Shown piece by piece: positions 19,927 through 20,000 of a stretch of DNA of 20,000 nucleotides. How positions within the stretch are numbered: position 1 is the first letter of the stretch; each line of letters begins with the position of its first letter. The notes under the pieces were generated by a model, which saw only the letters and a program-made list of their open reading frames with translations, made no database searches and was not told where the DNA came from. Origin of the DNA: Pseudogymnoascus verrucosus (taxonomy: Eukaryota); NCBI GenBank assembly GCA_001662655.1, contig KV460260.1; one strand, 5' to 3'. The translations under genes were made by a program, and so were the position numbers.

Positions 19927-20000
19927 CAGTGTTCGGCGGATACGTATCCGGGTAGTATCCGTGAACCTCACGGGTAGGGTATATACCCGGCGACGATCTG
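19927..20000 (+). mobile_element. Putative left end of a DNA transposon/MITE (hAT-like terminus), truncated by the window edge
   Basis: Abrupt start CAGTGTT after an AT-rich tract, then dense inverted and direct CGGGTA/TACCCG and GTATCCG/CGGATAC motifs. No transposase or second terminus is visible. Confidence 0.45.

Noticed and set aside
1..20000. tRNA, rRNA, transposase or reverse transcriptase genes
   Set aside because: No recognisable structure or motif was seen by eye. A covariance-model scan was not possible.

Overview
Eukaryotic DNA from a filamentous ascomycete: short spliceosomal introns with CTRAY branch points. A Leotiomycete such as Pseudogymnoascus is a guess from composition only. 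I reconstruct five spliced genes. (1) Minus strand 2319-100, about 654 aa: HeLo/SesA-like hydrophobic N-terminus plus a degenerate kinase-like C-terminus, with a GC-AG intron. (2) Head-to-head with gene 1, plus strand 2771-6299, about 1089 aa: a mosaic of a helical 'KFKAW...SLDFRL' domain, C2H2 zinc fingers, a diverged BAG domain and C-terminal Cys4 zinc ribbons. (3) Minus strand 11331-6811, about 1230 aa: GRAM + VASt/StART-like + TM sterol-transfer (LAM family) protein. (4) Plus strand 12204-13951, about 562 aa: MIT-like + coiled-coil protein, possibly Atg38/NRBF2-like. (5) Plus strand about 17119-19805: disordered Pro/Ser-rich protein. There is also a decayed repeat array or gene relic at about 14340-15600 and a palindrome-rich, hAT-like transposon end at the right edge. 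The best candidate for an undescribed system is the divergent gene 1/gene 2 pair. It looks like an accessory sensor-executor (cell death/allorecognition) module with integrated domains. All domain names come from motif recognition, not database searches.
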